DNA of 59,379 bases, filler included. It is 3 parts of 3 records of this genome, joined end to end, with 100 filler letters (N's around TTAATTAATTAA, not from the genome) between each part and the next. Parts side by side here need not be neighbours in the genome. Positions count along the whole stretch, not along the records: positions 23,916 to 50,729 come from SRR20825006_290; positions 50,830 to 59,379 come from SRR20825006_338; 1 more part is not named here. One strand, 5' to 3'. Shown one piece after another: positions 50,708 to 59,379 of this stretch. The notes under the pieces were generated by a model that saw nothing but the letters and a program-made list of their open reading frames with translations, had not been told where the DNA came from and searched no databases. A program made the position numbers and the translations under genes. Numbering within the stretch: the first letter of the stretch is position 1; each line of letters starts with the position of its first letter.

Positions 50708-50729
50708 CGCGCCCATGGCCATGGGCGCG
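50708..50729. repeat. Perfect 22-bp palindrome at the contig end
   Basis: CGCGCCCATGG|CCATGGGCGCG. Confidence 0.5.
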
Positions 50730-50829
50730 NNNNNNNNNNNNNNNNNNNNNNNNNNNNNNNNNNNNNNNNNNNNTTAATTAATTAANNNNNNNNNNNNNNN
50801 NNNNNNNNNNNNNNNNNNNNNNNNNNNNN
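50730..50829. other. Artificial contig spacer
   Basis: N44-TTAATTAATTAA-N44; GC and codon style change afterwards. Confidence 0.98.
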
Positions 50830-50873
50830 GCGGGGGGTGCGAGGGCCGCGGGGGGCGCGGGGCCTCGAGGATC

Positions 50874-52487
50874 TCACATCACCAGCGCGCGGAGTTTGCG
50901 CTCGCGCGCGGCCAGCTCTTTTTGCCCGAGACCTTCGTACGCCTTGGCCAGGAGCTCGTGGACTTCCGGGTCGAACGGGTTGATGCGGGCGGCCTCGAGC
51001 AGGTTGTCGCGCGCGGCGCTCCACTGCTTGTTGGCGATTTGCGCGCGACCGAGCTCGAGCCAGGTCACGACATAGGAGGGGTAGGTGTCGCGCACGGGCT
51101 CGAGCGCGAGCAGGGCGTCCTTGGGACGATCGATGGCCATAAAGCACTGCGCCATACGCGTCTGGAGCAGCGGGTTCTTATCACCCATCAACGCCGCGGC
51201 CTTCTGGTACTGCACGATCGCCGCCTTGTAGCGCGAGCGCGTCTGGAGCATCTGCCCCAGGTGCACGTGATCGCGCGCGGCGGGTTTGGGGATCTGCTTG
51301 AGGTCTGTCAGCGCGGCGTCGCCGTTCTCGTCTTTAAAGCGGAGCTTCTCGTCAAAGCCCGTCTCGCCATCGGGGAAGTCCACGCGAGGTCGCGTCTTGA
51401 GGTATGCCTGCCACTTCTTCTCGAACTCGGGGAAGGTCGTCGAGAGCGGCCTGGCGAACGCTTGCTGCGCATCCAACCCCTCGTTGATCCCATCGAGCAC
51501 CTTGGCGAACGCGCCCTCGCCGACCTCACCGCGCAGATACTCCATCACCGTGTAGACCTCGGCAAAGGCCACCGCGGCGTCATCCTGGCTCGGGAGCTTG
51601 GCCATCGAGGGGTGCATCTGCGCGAAGGTGATCAGATTGTTGGCGTCGACGCGCTTCCTGAGCAGGTGCTCGTAGGATGGCGCCAGACGGTTGGCGCCAT
51701 CACCGCGCCAGCGGCGCTCCAGATACTTGGCCATCCCCTCGTGCATCCAGATCGGGACGCGGTTCTGAGTCTTGTGATTGATGATGTAGTGCACGTACTC
51801 GTGCACCAGCGTGTCGACCCAGCCGTAGCCGCGAAGCAGCGCCTTGGGGCTCGTGATCATCAACCTGTTGTACTTGCACAGCGCGATCGTGCCCGAGGTT
51901 CGGATCTCTTCCTCGGTCAGCGAGGAGACGCGAGCGAGCGTCGCCGTCGTGGGATACACCTCGACCCGGATCGGCGTCTCGGGGTAGTGCCCGAGCTCCT
52001 TGCCGAGCTCGTCATAGGCCGCATCGAGCGCCTCGAAGGCATATGGCAACAGGACGCGATCTCTGCCCGGCTCGATGTAGACGATGAACTTCCCGTCCGG
52101 GCTCGTGTGCTTCTCGTAGCTCTTCGTGACCTCGCGTGTGGCGTCGATGATCTCGCGATCCGCCTTCCACATCGCGTTATCCGAGGACTTGGCGATCGCC
52201 CTGTCCATCAGCTTGACCGCCTCGCCATAATCCCCTTCAAAGAAGGCGAAGCGCCCCTTCAAATACAACGCATCGGCGCTATCCTCGCCGTTTTTTTGCG
52301 TGAAGCTCTCGAGGGATTGCTTTGCCTCCTTCATGCGCCAGGCATCGAGCAGAGCGTTGACCTGTCGCGTGCTCTGCGCGTGCGCTGCGGTCGGCAGGAT
52401 GCCCGCGCAGGCGACGACGAGCAGTGCCGTGGCGATCAGGCGCGCGATGGCTTTGTATGCGGTGTATCGAAGGTTTTGCTGTCTCAT
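50874..52487 (-). CDS. Secreted TPR protein with peptidase MA-like (gluzincin) domain
   Basis: Signal ending AHA, N- and C-terminal TPRs, HEYVH..P.WMHEGMA zinc motif; ATGA overlap with the upstream gene. Confidence 0.85.
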   Translation of the reverse strand: MRQQNLRYTAYKAIARLIATALLVVACAGILPTAAHAQSTRQVNALLDAWRMKEAKQSLESFTQKNGEDSADALYLKGRFAFFEGDYGEAVKLMDRAIAKSSDNAMWKADREIIDATREVTKSYEKHTSPDGKFIVYIEPGRDRVLLPYAFEALDAAYDELGKELGHYPETPIRVEVYPTTATLARVSSLTEEEIRTSGTIALCKYNRLMITSPKALLRGYGWVDTLVHEYVHYIINHKTQNRVPIWMHEGMAKYLERRWRGDGANRLAPSYEHLLRKRVDANNLITFAQMHPSMAKLPSQDDAAVAFAEVYTVMEYLRGEVGEGAFAKVLDGINEGLDAQQAFARPLSTTFPEFEKKWQAYLKTRPRVDFPDGETGFDEKLRFKDENGDAALTDLKQIPKPAARDHVHLGQMLQTRSRYKAAIVQYQKAAALMGDKNPLLQTRMAQCFMAIDRPKDALLALEPVRDTYPSYVVTWLELGRAQIANKQWSAARDNLLEAARINPFDPEVHELLAKAYEGLGQKELAARERKLRALVM

Positions 52488-55400
52488 TTGACGAGGCTCT
52501 CGTAGTAACGTTCGATCTCGGATTCGTAGCCGTCGAGGCGCTCTTCCTTCATCGTGTCCTTGATCTCATCGCGGTAGCGCGACTTCTTGCCGCCCTCACC
52601 CGCGCCTGGGATCTTGACCTCATCCTTCTGATTGTTCTGGCCATTCGGTCCGTTTTGCTCGCGCTGGCGCTGCTTCTGGAGCGCTTCCTTCATCTTCGAG
52701 TTCATCTGTCGAAGCTCTTCGAGCGCCTGACGTTCGGCGTCGAGCGCGCGCTGAGAGCGCTGCTTGTCGAGCGCCTGCTTGGCATCCTCCATCGACCGCT
52801 GCGCGCGCTCCATGCCAGGGCCAAGCTCTTGCTCGAGCTGAGGGTATTCGCTGCTCGAGTCCTTGATCTTCTGGCGAAGCCCCTGCGCTTGCTCCTTGAT
52901 TCCTTGCTGCTTCTTGGAGAGCTGCTGCGCGCGAGGATCTTGCTGCTGATCTCTCTCCTCGGCGCGGCTCATCATCTCGTCGAGCGAGTCGACGATCTGT
53001 TGGCCTCGCTCGACCATCGGCTCGGTCTTGCGCTTTGCCTCCGAGAGCTTGCGCGACTCCGGGCTGGATTTGGGCGTGTAGTGCTTGGCGAGCTGCATCG
53101 AGAAGCGCAGCTTCTCCATATCCTCGAGCGCGTCCTGGGCATGATCCAGGCTGCTCTCGATGTCGCGCTGCTCGAGTGATTCCTCGAGCTGGCGCAAGCT
53201 CGACTTGGCCTTCTGGATATTGGCGTCGAGGTGGTCTGGCAGCTCCCCCTTCTTCTCGAGGTTGTCCAGCTCGCGCTTCTGCTGCTTGACCTTGTCCATC
53301 ATCTGCTGGGCGAAGTCCTCGACCATCTGACGGTTTTGCTCTCTTCGCTCCTCCTGGAGTTGCTTCTGGAGCTCGCGCGTCTCCTGCTCGAGCGCCTGCT
53401 GACGCATGCTCAGGTCGTTGACATCATCCATCAACTCGCTGACCTGCTTGTCGAACTCGCTCAAACGCTGCGGCGCCGCGCTCGCCGAGTTCTTGTCCAG
53501 GTTCTCGGTGAACTTGTCGAGGTTCTCGCCCATCTTCTCGAGCGCCTCGAGCGCGCCGTCGATGTCATCCTTGTCGAGCATCTCCTCGATGCTCGTGAAG
53601 TCGTCGGCGAGCTTCTTGGCGTCGCTCTCCATCCTCGCCTGCTGGAGGGCCTCGCGGTTGATGTGCTCCCTGGGCAGCTCGCGCATCTGCTGGTTCATGC
53701 GCTGCATGAGCTCCTGCATGCGCTGGCGCAGCCGCTGGATCTCGCGCTTGATCGCCTCCTTGAGCTCCGGGTCGCCTGTCTCCTTGTACTTCTGGAGCAG
53801 CTCCTTGAGCCGCTCCTTGAGCTTGTCGATCTCATCGGCGGTGGCCTGAGCGCTGGCCATCTGCTGCTCGAGCAGCAGATCCTCGAGGCGCAGAATCCCC
53901 TTCTCCATCGCCTCTTCGCTCTCCATCGCCCAGGTCGCGAATCGCTGCATCTGCCCGAGCGAGAGCTCGTTCTTGGGCACCTCGTTCATCGTGTTGGAGA
54001 AGAGTGATTTGCCGCGCTCGTGCAACTTCTCGAGCTGCTTGTGGAGCGCGGTGAACATCTTCAGATCACGCGGCGCCATCAGTGGGTCTTCCTGCATCCT
54101 CGCGGCGAGGTCTCCCATCTTGACGAGCAACTTGCCGTGGGTCATGTGCGCTTGCAGCAATGCCGCGCGGCGCGCGGTGCGATCCTCGGGTGAGATGCCC
54201 GGCTCGACCACCTGCCTCCAGGTGTTGTCGCGGGTGTACTCTCGGTTGCCGATCGGCGTCTCCAGGAAATCAGCCAGCGACAGCAGCAGCTCTTCGACGA
54301 GCTCGCGTTGCTCTTCGAGCAACTTCATGTGCTTGTCATCCGGGCTCGCCACGACCAACACCAACGCCTCCGAACGCCCGACGCCAGGACCTGTCAACGT
54401 GTTGTTGTCAGTGGCTTCGAGGTACAGCGTGACGCGATCCTTGGGCTGGAGGCCCATGGTGGACAGGTCGAGCGTGTGCTTCCCCTGATGTTGTGGTGGG
54501 CTGTTTTGTAGCTCGGGGATGACGAGCGCCTGGCGCTCGGGCTCCTCGGTGTCGAGGAATGCGTGAAGACGGCTGACGCCCGTGATGCCAAAGTCATCGT
54601 TGGCGGCGTACTCGAGCTCGAGCACATCCTCGGTGCCCACCTGCAGTTCCCCCTTGTGCGAGAGGATCTCGACGGTGGGGGCTTTGTCGGGCACGACCTC
54701 GATGGTTTGCGTGGTCGGGCTCTCGACCAGGGTGCCATCATCGAGCTTCGCGCGGAACGTGTACGTGAGTGAGCCGGTCGCCACCAGCGTGGCGCTCACG
54801 CGACCGCTGCGCGAGAGCTCCATCGGGCGGATTTGAGGCTCCTCGCCAGTTTGCTCGAGGATCAGGTCGATCTGCACCGCGCGCCCCAACAGCGAGTAGC
54901 CCTGGAGCGTGACTTCACTCCCGCTCAGGACGCTGGCGTTCCCCGTGGTGAACTGTTGATAGTCCGCCTGAAGTCCCGTGTACGCTGGAGGCTGGAGCTT
55001 TAAACTCAGGTTGCCGACGACTGGGTATTTCGGGTTCTGCGCCTTCGTCGCGGTGGTCGCCACGATCTTCTCGTGCGCCTCTCCCATGAGGCGATCGATC
55101 ACCCAACCCGGCGCGATGGCGGTCGGGATAAGCAGCAATAACAAGGCGCCCGAGAACGCCCACATCGCAGGCTTGAAGTCGCGCGTCGGGAGCAAATGTC
55201 CCAGATGCCCCGACTCCAGCATACGCGCCATGCGCGAGCTCGCCTTCTTGACGTGCGCACGCGCGAGCGATGGGCTCGAGTTTTCCGCGTCGAAGCTCCC
55301 GTCGAGCAATGCTCGCCCGAACTTCAGCGCGGCCACCAGATCATGGCGAAGCTCCGGCGCGTGCTGCTGGAGCATCCTCGCCATCCCGAGCGCGTCCTCG

Positions 55401-55930
55401 CGTCGCGTATAACGCGCATACGCTGCGCTGATGGCCGCGATCGAGGTCAGCACGATTCCCACCGACGCGATGATCGAGGGCACCAGCGAGAGGCTGTCAG
55501 AGGAGAACAGCAGCGCGAACAATAGCGCGCTCAACAGGCAGGCGATGCACGTGGTCAGGTACCAGAGAGCGCCCTCGAAGTAGAGCGGGCCCTCGATCGA
55601 GCGCCGCGTCTTCTCCATGACGAGCTCGACGCCCTGAACCTGTCGACGCAACGCATCCTGAGGATCTGTTTTGACCTCGGGCAGCTCCGGCGCGGTCGCG
55701 TCCGTGGCTTCAGGTTCAGAGGTCGCCGCTTCTGACTCGGATTCATCCTCGAACTCGGGCTCGGAGTTTAGCTCGAGGGACTGCTCGTCATCCTCGAACT
55801 CCTCTTCCTCGAGGTCTTGTTCGCCGACGTCATCATCAGTGATGGCGTTGGCGTCCGCTTCCTCTTGCAGAGCCTGTTCCTCGTCGCTCGGGTCGACTGA
55901 TTCCGTGTCTTGTTTGTCTGTCTCACTCAT
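52484..55930 (-). CDS. DUF4175-like membrane-anchored long coiled-coil protein
   Basis: Acidic N-terminus, 3 TM segments, PPAYTG, D.APTV, ANDDFGI, EATDNN..GPG.GRS, Gln/Glu-rich coils and C-terminal YYESL. Confidence 0.8.
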   Translation of the reverse strand: MSETDKQDTESVDPSDEEQALQEEADANAITDDDVGEQDLEEEEFEDDEQSLELNSEPEFEDESESEAATSEPEATDATAPELPEVKTDPQDALRRQVQGVELVMEKTRRSIEGPLYFEGALWYLTTCIACLLSALLFALLFSSDSLSLVPSIIASVGIVLTSIAAISAAYARYTRREDALGMARMLQQHAPELRHDLVAALKFGRALLDGSFDAENSSPSLARAHVKKASSRMARMLESGHLGHLLPTRDFKPAMWAFSGALLLLLIPTAIAPGWVIDRLMGEAHEKIVATTATKAQNPKYPVVGNLSLKLQPPAYTGLQADYQQFTTGNASVLSGSEVTLQGYSLLGRAVQIDLILEQTGEEPQIRPMELSRSGRVSATLVATGSLTYTFRAKLDDGTLVESPTTQTIEVVPDKAPTVEILSHKGELQVGTEDVLELEYAANDDFGITGVSRLHAFLDTEEPERQALVIPELQNSPPQHQGKHTLDLSTMGLQPKDRVTLYLEATDNNTLTGPGVGRSEALVLVVASPDDKHMKLLEEQRELVEELLLSLADFLETPIGNREYTRDNTWRQVVEPGISPEDRTARRAALLQAHMTHGKLLVKMGDLAARMQEDPLMAPRDLKMFTALHKQLEKLHERGKSLFSNTMNEVPKNELSLGQMQRFATWAMESEEAMEKGILRLEDLLLEQQMASAQATADEIDKLKERLKELLQKYKETGDPELKEAIKREIQRLRQRMQELMQRMNQQMRELPREHINREALQQARMESDAKKLADDFTSIEEMLDKDDIDGALEALEKMGENLDKFTENLDKNSASAAPQRLSEFDKQVSELMDDVNDLSMRQQALEQETRELQKQLQEERREQNRQMVEDFAQQMMDKVKQQKRELDNLEKKGELPDHLDANIQKAKSSLRQLEESLEQRDIESSLDHAQDALEDMEKLRFSMQLAKHYTPKSSPESRKLSEAKRKTEPMVERGQQIVDSLDEMMSRAEERDQQQDPRAQQLSKKQQGIKEQAQGLRQKIKDSSSEYPQLEQELGPGMERAQRSMEDAKQALDKQRSQRALDAERQALEELRQMNSKMKEALQKQRQREQNGPNGQNNQKDEVKIPGAGEGGKKSRYRDEIKDTMKEERLDGYESEIERYYESLVK

Positions 55931-56021
55931 CGAGTGGTCCACAAAGGATCGCGCGTTACATCGCCCACGATGTGTGGGGAAGAAGGGCAAGGCACAAGGT
56001 TAAACCTCGCGCTACAGGGCA

Positions 56022-56810
56022 TCATTCCACAACAAAGAGGCGCACTTCGCCGAGACCATCCATTCTCAGGCAGACGTGATCGCCGGGGTGGACAAATTCG
56101 GCGGCGGTGGCCGCGCCAGCGAGCACGATGCTGCCAGCCTCGATCTCCTCGTCGTGCTCGGCGAGCATGTTCGCCAGCGCTGCGAGCGACCTGGCGGGGT
56201 GCTCGTAGATCGCTGCCGTGGAGCCGACCTGCTTGACCTCGCCGTTGACCTCGAACACGACGCCCAGGTTGCCGATGTCGAGCTCTTCGGGACGAACCAT
56301 CTTCGAGCCGAGCACGAAGCGCGAGGAGGAGGCGTTATCCGCCACCACATCGGGGAGCTTGAACTCGAAGTTCTCGAAGCGCGAGTCGATGACCTCGATC
56401 GCGGCGCACACCCCCTCGACATAAAGCATCGCTTGCGCTGGCGTGACCGGGCCGCGCAAGTGGTCGCTGATCAGGAACGCGAGCTCTGGCTCGGCGCGCG
56501 GGTGAATGTGCTCGGCGCGCGAGATGGACTCGCCATCCGAGAGCATCATCGTCTCGGTCAGGTGCCCATAAATTGGCTGGTGCACGCCGACCTGCTTCAT
56601 CTTGGCGACGCTTGTCAAACCCATCTTCATCCCCACGAGCACGTCGCCACGTTCGTGACGGCGCGCCATCGAGAGGCGTTGGATCTTGTAGGCATCCTCG
56701 AAGTCGAGTTCGGGAAATTCAGCGGTGAGTTTGGTGATCGCCTGGTTTTCGAGCGCGGCATCATCCACGCGCGCGGCGAGCTTCTCGAGCTTTTTGGCAT
56801 CGAGCGCCAT
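56022..56810 (-). CDS. FAH-family 4-oxalocrotonate decarboxylase / 2-keto-4-pentenoate hydratase
   Basis: AYKIQ, GMKMGLTS.AKMKQVGV..PIYG.L, PRAEPE, AIEVIDSRF and VADNASS. Confidence 0.88.
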   Translation of the reverse strand: MALDAKKLEKLAARVDDAALENQAITKLTAEFPELDFEDAYKIQRLSMARRHERGDVLVGMKMGLTSVAKMKQVGVHQPIYGHLTETMMLSDGESISRAEHIHPRAEPELAFLISDHLRGPVTPAQAMLYVEGVCAAIEVIDSRFENFEFKLPDVVADNASSSRFVLGSKMVRPEELDIGNLGVVFEVNGEVKQVGSTAAIYEHPARSLAALANMLAEHDEEIEAGSIVLAGAATAAEFVHPGDHVCLRMDGLGEVRLFVVE

Positions 56811-56853
56811 GGGGCAGACTCCCGGATAAGGTATGGAATGAAAGGTGTGGCGT

Positions 56854-57870
56854 TTACTTTCGACGCAAGGTCAAAAAGAGGTGCTGATTCGCACCTGGCG
56901 AAACGTATAACTCACGCTCGAGCCGATGATAACCGTCTTTTTCGATCACGATCGTGTGCTGACGATCCGCCACGATCGGTATCGAACGCAGCGGCGTCTG
57001 GCCGATCAAGACGCCATCGAGCAGGACATCCGCGCCATCGGGGGTCGTGCTCAGGTTCAGCTCGACCTTGACGAGCTCGGTGCGCTCGAGGCGCTCTTCC
57101 GAACGCGCGCCTGACTTTTCGGACTTCGTCGCTGGCAGCGGCGAGAGCGTGGGCGGTTGCCCGAAGGTCTCCTCGAGGACCTCTCGCGCGGGACGACGTG
57201 ATTGATCTGGTCGATCCTTCAGGGGGAGCGATTCGATACGCTTGCTCCCAGGTACTCCGGCCGCGCCTCGGTGCCTCTCTCCCAACGGGATGCTCGTGAT
57301 GTAGCGGTCTGCGTCGAGCCCGCCCGGCGCAGGATCGAGGTTGAGAGAGGGAACCTCGTTGCCGGTCATCGGGAAGAGCTCGCTCGGAGGACGGCGCCCG
57401 AAGCGCTCGTCCTTTCCAGAAGTCGATGAGGTCACCTTTGGTCCGAGGTCAGCATCGGCCACGGCCGTCGATGGCGCCGTCGGGGGCGTCTCGTTCAGGT
57501 CGTGCAACCTGCGCTGCATCTGCCAACTCGAGCGATAGCGCGCGGCGATCTTTGGCTCCCCCATGTCCTCGTGGACAATGGCCAGGAACCACAACACCTC
57601 GTCGTCGACGCAGATGCGTAGCGCATCCTCGAGCGAGCGCTGCGCCTGCTCGAGGTTTCCTTGCGCCATCGCCAGATGACCGGCACCGTAGCGCTTGTGA
57701 AACTGATCGCGTTGCACCGCGTCGAGTTTGCAGCGAGGAAACCTGTTGATGTCTGTCGAGTCCGGCTCACCCGCCACACCTGTTGCTGGCGCTCCGATGG
57801 CCAATATGATGGCCAGGAGCCCGAGCGCGCTCGTCGCGCGTCCTTGGAGCCCGTTCATGTGTCGCGGCAT
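56854..57870 (-). CDS. Secreted TPR-like + PEGA domain protein
   Basis: GGAGG RBS before ATG 57870, hydrophobic signal, helical repeat, Pro-rich linker and C-terminal TTPDGADVLLDG..IGQTPL..H.I.I.K.GY. Confidence 0.8.
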   Translation of the reverse strand: MPRHMNGLQGRATSALGLLAIILAIGAPATGVAGEPDSTDINRFPRCKLDAVQRDQFHKRYGAGHLAMAQGNLEQAQRSLEDALRICVDDEVLWFLAIVHEDMGEPKIAARYRSSWQMQRRLHDLNETPPTAPSTAVADADLGPKVTSSTSGKDERFGRRPPSELFPMTGNEVPSLNLDPAPGGLDADRYITSIPLGERHRGAAGVPGSKRIESLPLKDRPDQSRRPAREVLEETFGQPPTLSPLPATKSEKSGARSEERLERTELVKVELNLSTTPDGADVLLDGVLIGQTPLRSIPIVADRQHTIVIEKDGYHRLERELYVSPGANQHLFLTLRRK

Positions 57871-59379
57871 AAAATCCTCCTCTCTTCGCGAGTTTATCAG
57901 CCCTCTCCTGCTTCTCCAAGTCGCGAGCGCACTTATGCTCGCCTCCTGCGCAGATTGCGAGCGCGCCAGAGGCGCGCGATACCCCGGATCGATCCATCCC
58001 TGTGAGGTCCCGCTCCCGACCACATCCCCCGGCGAGCAGCGCTCACGCGAGGCTGGTCTCGCCGCATCGAAAGCAAAACGTTTCTGGGAGCTTGGGCCTT
58101 ATTACGCCTGGAACACCTCGCCGCTTCGCGAGTGCGCCTTTAACCCTGAGACCGAACAGAAAATCGCTGGCGAACAGGTGCCTTATTACCTGACTTATCC
58201 GGCTGGCAAATCACCGACCGAGGACAACGCCGCCGAGGTCGCCGCGGGGCCATTTCCACTGATTGTGTTCGCGCACGCCAACCATGACCGCGTCTGCCAG
58301 GTCTTCGATGGCTACTACTCGCTGCACGATCACTGGGCGAGCTGGGGGTTTGTGGTGGCGAGCGTGGACTCGACGCGCTGGAACTGTATGAGCGGGGATC
58401 GTGAAAATATTCGCAACCGCGCTCGCGAGCAGCGCGCCGTGATCGAGGACATGCTCGCGCGAAACGAGGACCCCGAGAGCCCCTACTATCAGCGCATCGA
58501 CCCCGAAAAGATCATCCTCGCAGGTCACAGCCGAGGCGGCGGCGCGAGCCTGCTCAACGCCGCTCAGATGAGTGACCTCGGCGCCGTGATCAACCTGCAA
58601 GGGGTCAGCTTGCAGAACTATGGCCTGGGCGCGCCAGCGATCGATGTCCCCTTGATGGGAATCACCGCGGGCAATGATGTCGATCTGAACTTCCCCGCCG
58701 TCGAGGGGAACGAGGATCTGGCCACTGGTCCCTACACCTGGCTCGACTTCAAAGGCGCGATCCACGCCTGGACCGCAGACATCAGCCCCGAGGAGCCCGA
58801 TGATCGACCAGACCTCGAGAGAGAGGAGCAACAAGACCTCACCGAGTTCTTTACCACCGCGCATCTGCTCCACCACGTCGGCTCGCCAGCTTACGAGCCA
58901 GGCCAACTCGGCGACCTACTCTTTTCATACGAGGGTGCGCGGGTTGCTGAGTCGCGAATCCTCGATGAGTCCGTCAGGATGCGGTGGCGGGAGCATTCGG
59001 AAAAAGAGATCCTCGTCGATGACTTCCAGATCCTCGATCGCATCGAGACCAATGACCTTGGAGGAAGGCGCCAGGCCATCGGCTTCACCAGAGCGCAGGT
59101 GACCTACGCCTACAACCCCGAGCGCGAGGAGCGCTACAATCCGCCCGCGGCCAAGGCGCTCTGGCTCGAGACGCGCACCTGGCCAGGGCTTGTCATCGAG
59201 CACCTCTCGCCAAAACCTGGCGGGCACCTCGAGGTGCCCGCCGATTATAGGTTGAGGGCGCGCGTGCGCGGGCGGACCGAATGGAGCAAGCCCGTGATAC
59301 GCCTGGAGATCGTGCTCGATAATGGGACCTCATATTTTCTGAATGACGCGCGCGAGGAGGTCGCGGGAGGGGCCATCCC
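57857..59379 (+). CDS. Lipoprotein alpha/beta-hydrolase (chlorophyllase/dienelactone hydrolase-like), 3' truncated; absent from the ORF track
   Basis: Manual translation is open to the window end: lipobox LAS/C, GPFPLIVFAH, HWASWGFVVAS, GHSRGG (58523-58540), AGNDVD and GAIH. Confidence 0.85.
   Translation, partial: MCRGIKSSSLREFISPLLLLQVASALMLASCADCERARGARYPGSIHPCEVPLPTTSPGEQRSREAGLAASKAKRFWELGPYYAWNTSPLRECAFNPETEQKIAGEQVPYYLTYPAGKSPTEDNAAEVAAGPFPLIVFAHANHDRVCQVFDGYYSLHDHWASWGFVVASVDSTRWNCMSGDRENIRNRAREQRAVIEDMLARNEDPESPYYQRIDPEKIILAGHSRGGGASLLNAAQMSDLGAVINLQGVSLQNYGLGAPAIDVPLMGITAGNDVDLNFPAVEGNEDLATGPYTWLDFKGAIHAWTADISPEEPDDRPDLEREEQQDLTEFFTTAHLLHHVGSPAYEPGQLGDLLFSYEGARVAESRILDESVRMRWREHSEKEILVDDFQILDRIETNDLGGRRQAIGFTRAQVTYAYNPEREERYNPPAAKALWLETRTWPGLVIEHLSPKPGGHLEVPADYRLRARVRGRTEWSKPVIRLEIVLDNGTSYFLNDAREEVAGGAI

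Noticed and set aside
50832-50862. G-quadruplex-like G runs
   Set aside because: Low-complexity sequence at a contig edge in a high-GC genome; may be low quality
50922-52505. 527-aa plus-strand ORF
   Set aside because: Antisense shadow of the TPR-peptidase, typical of high-GC DNA
37792-59379. Linking the Agl-Glt-like operon to the Myxococcota-like contig as one gliding locus
   Set aside because: They are separated by an artificial spacer; the operon sits among gammaproteobacterial housekeeping genes with matching codon style

Overview
The window joins three unrelated contigs with 100-nt N spacers that carry a TTAATTAATTAA linker (23816-23915 and 50730-50829), so adjacency across the spacers has no biological meaning. 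Contig A (1-23815) is planctomycete and Rhodopirellula-like. It carries two DUF1559 pilin-like genes, MPG, an amidohydrolase, a CPBP protease, an ABC permease plus an ABC protein with a degenerate ATPase, an aminotransferase-metY-metX::metW block, a ferrochelatase, Dabb, ahpC and a PDZ-containing yidC. Contig B (23916-50729) is a marine gammaproteobacterium, Alcanivorax-like by inference. It runs eno-ftsB-ispD-ispF-truD-pcm-DUF368-nlpD-fieF with no surE or rpoS in their usual slots. It then has two tandem [Tat small subunit + GMC flavoprotein] pairs, an Fe-ADH and a thioesterase, followed by a nine-gene TPR/MotA-ExbD-ExbD/TonB-like operon resembling the Agl-Glt gliding-motor core. It ends with fructosamine kinase, pdxB, a 57-aa ORF missing from the track and an ATP-NAD kinase. 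Contig C (50830-59379) is high-GC and Myxococcota/Bradymonadales-like by inference. It encodes a TPR-metallopeptidase, a DUF4175-like coiled-coil protein, an FAH-family decarboxylase/hydratase, a PEGA protein and a truncated lipoprotein alpha/beta-hydrolase missing from the track. The best candidate for an uncharacterised system is the Agl-Glt-like operon: one ExbD has Asn in place of the channel Asp, and AAnAAnAA motifs lie at its translation starts. The duplicated, differently anchored Tat-GMC oxidase pairs come second. All family and taxon calls are from motif recognition only; no database search was run.
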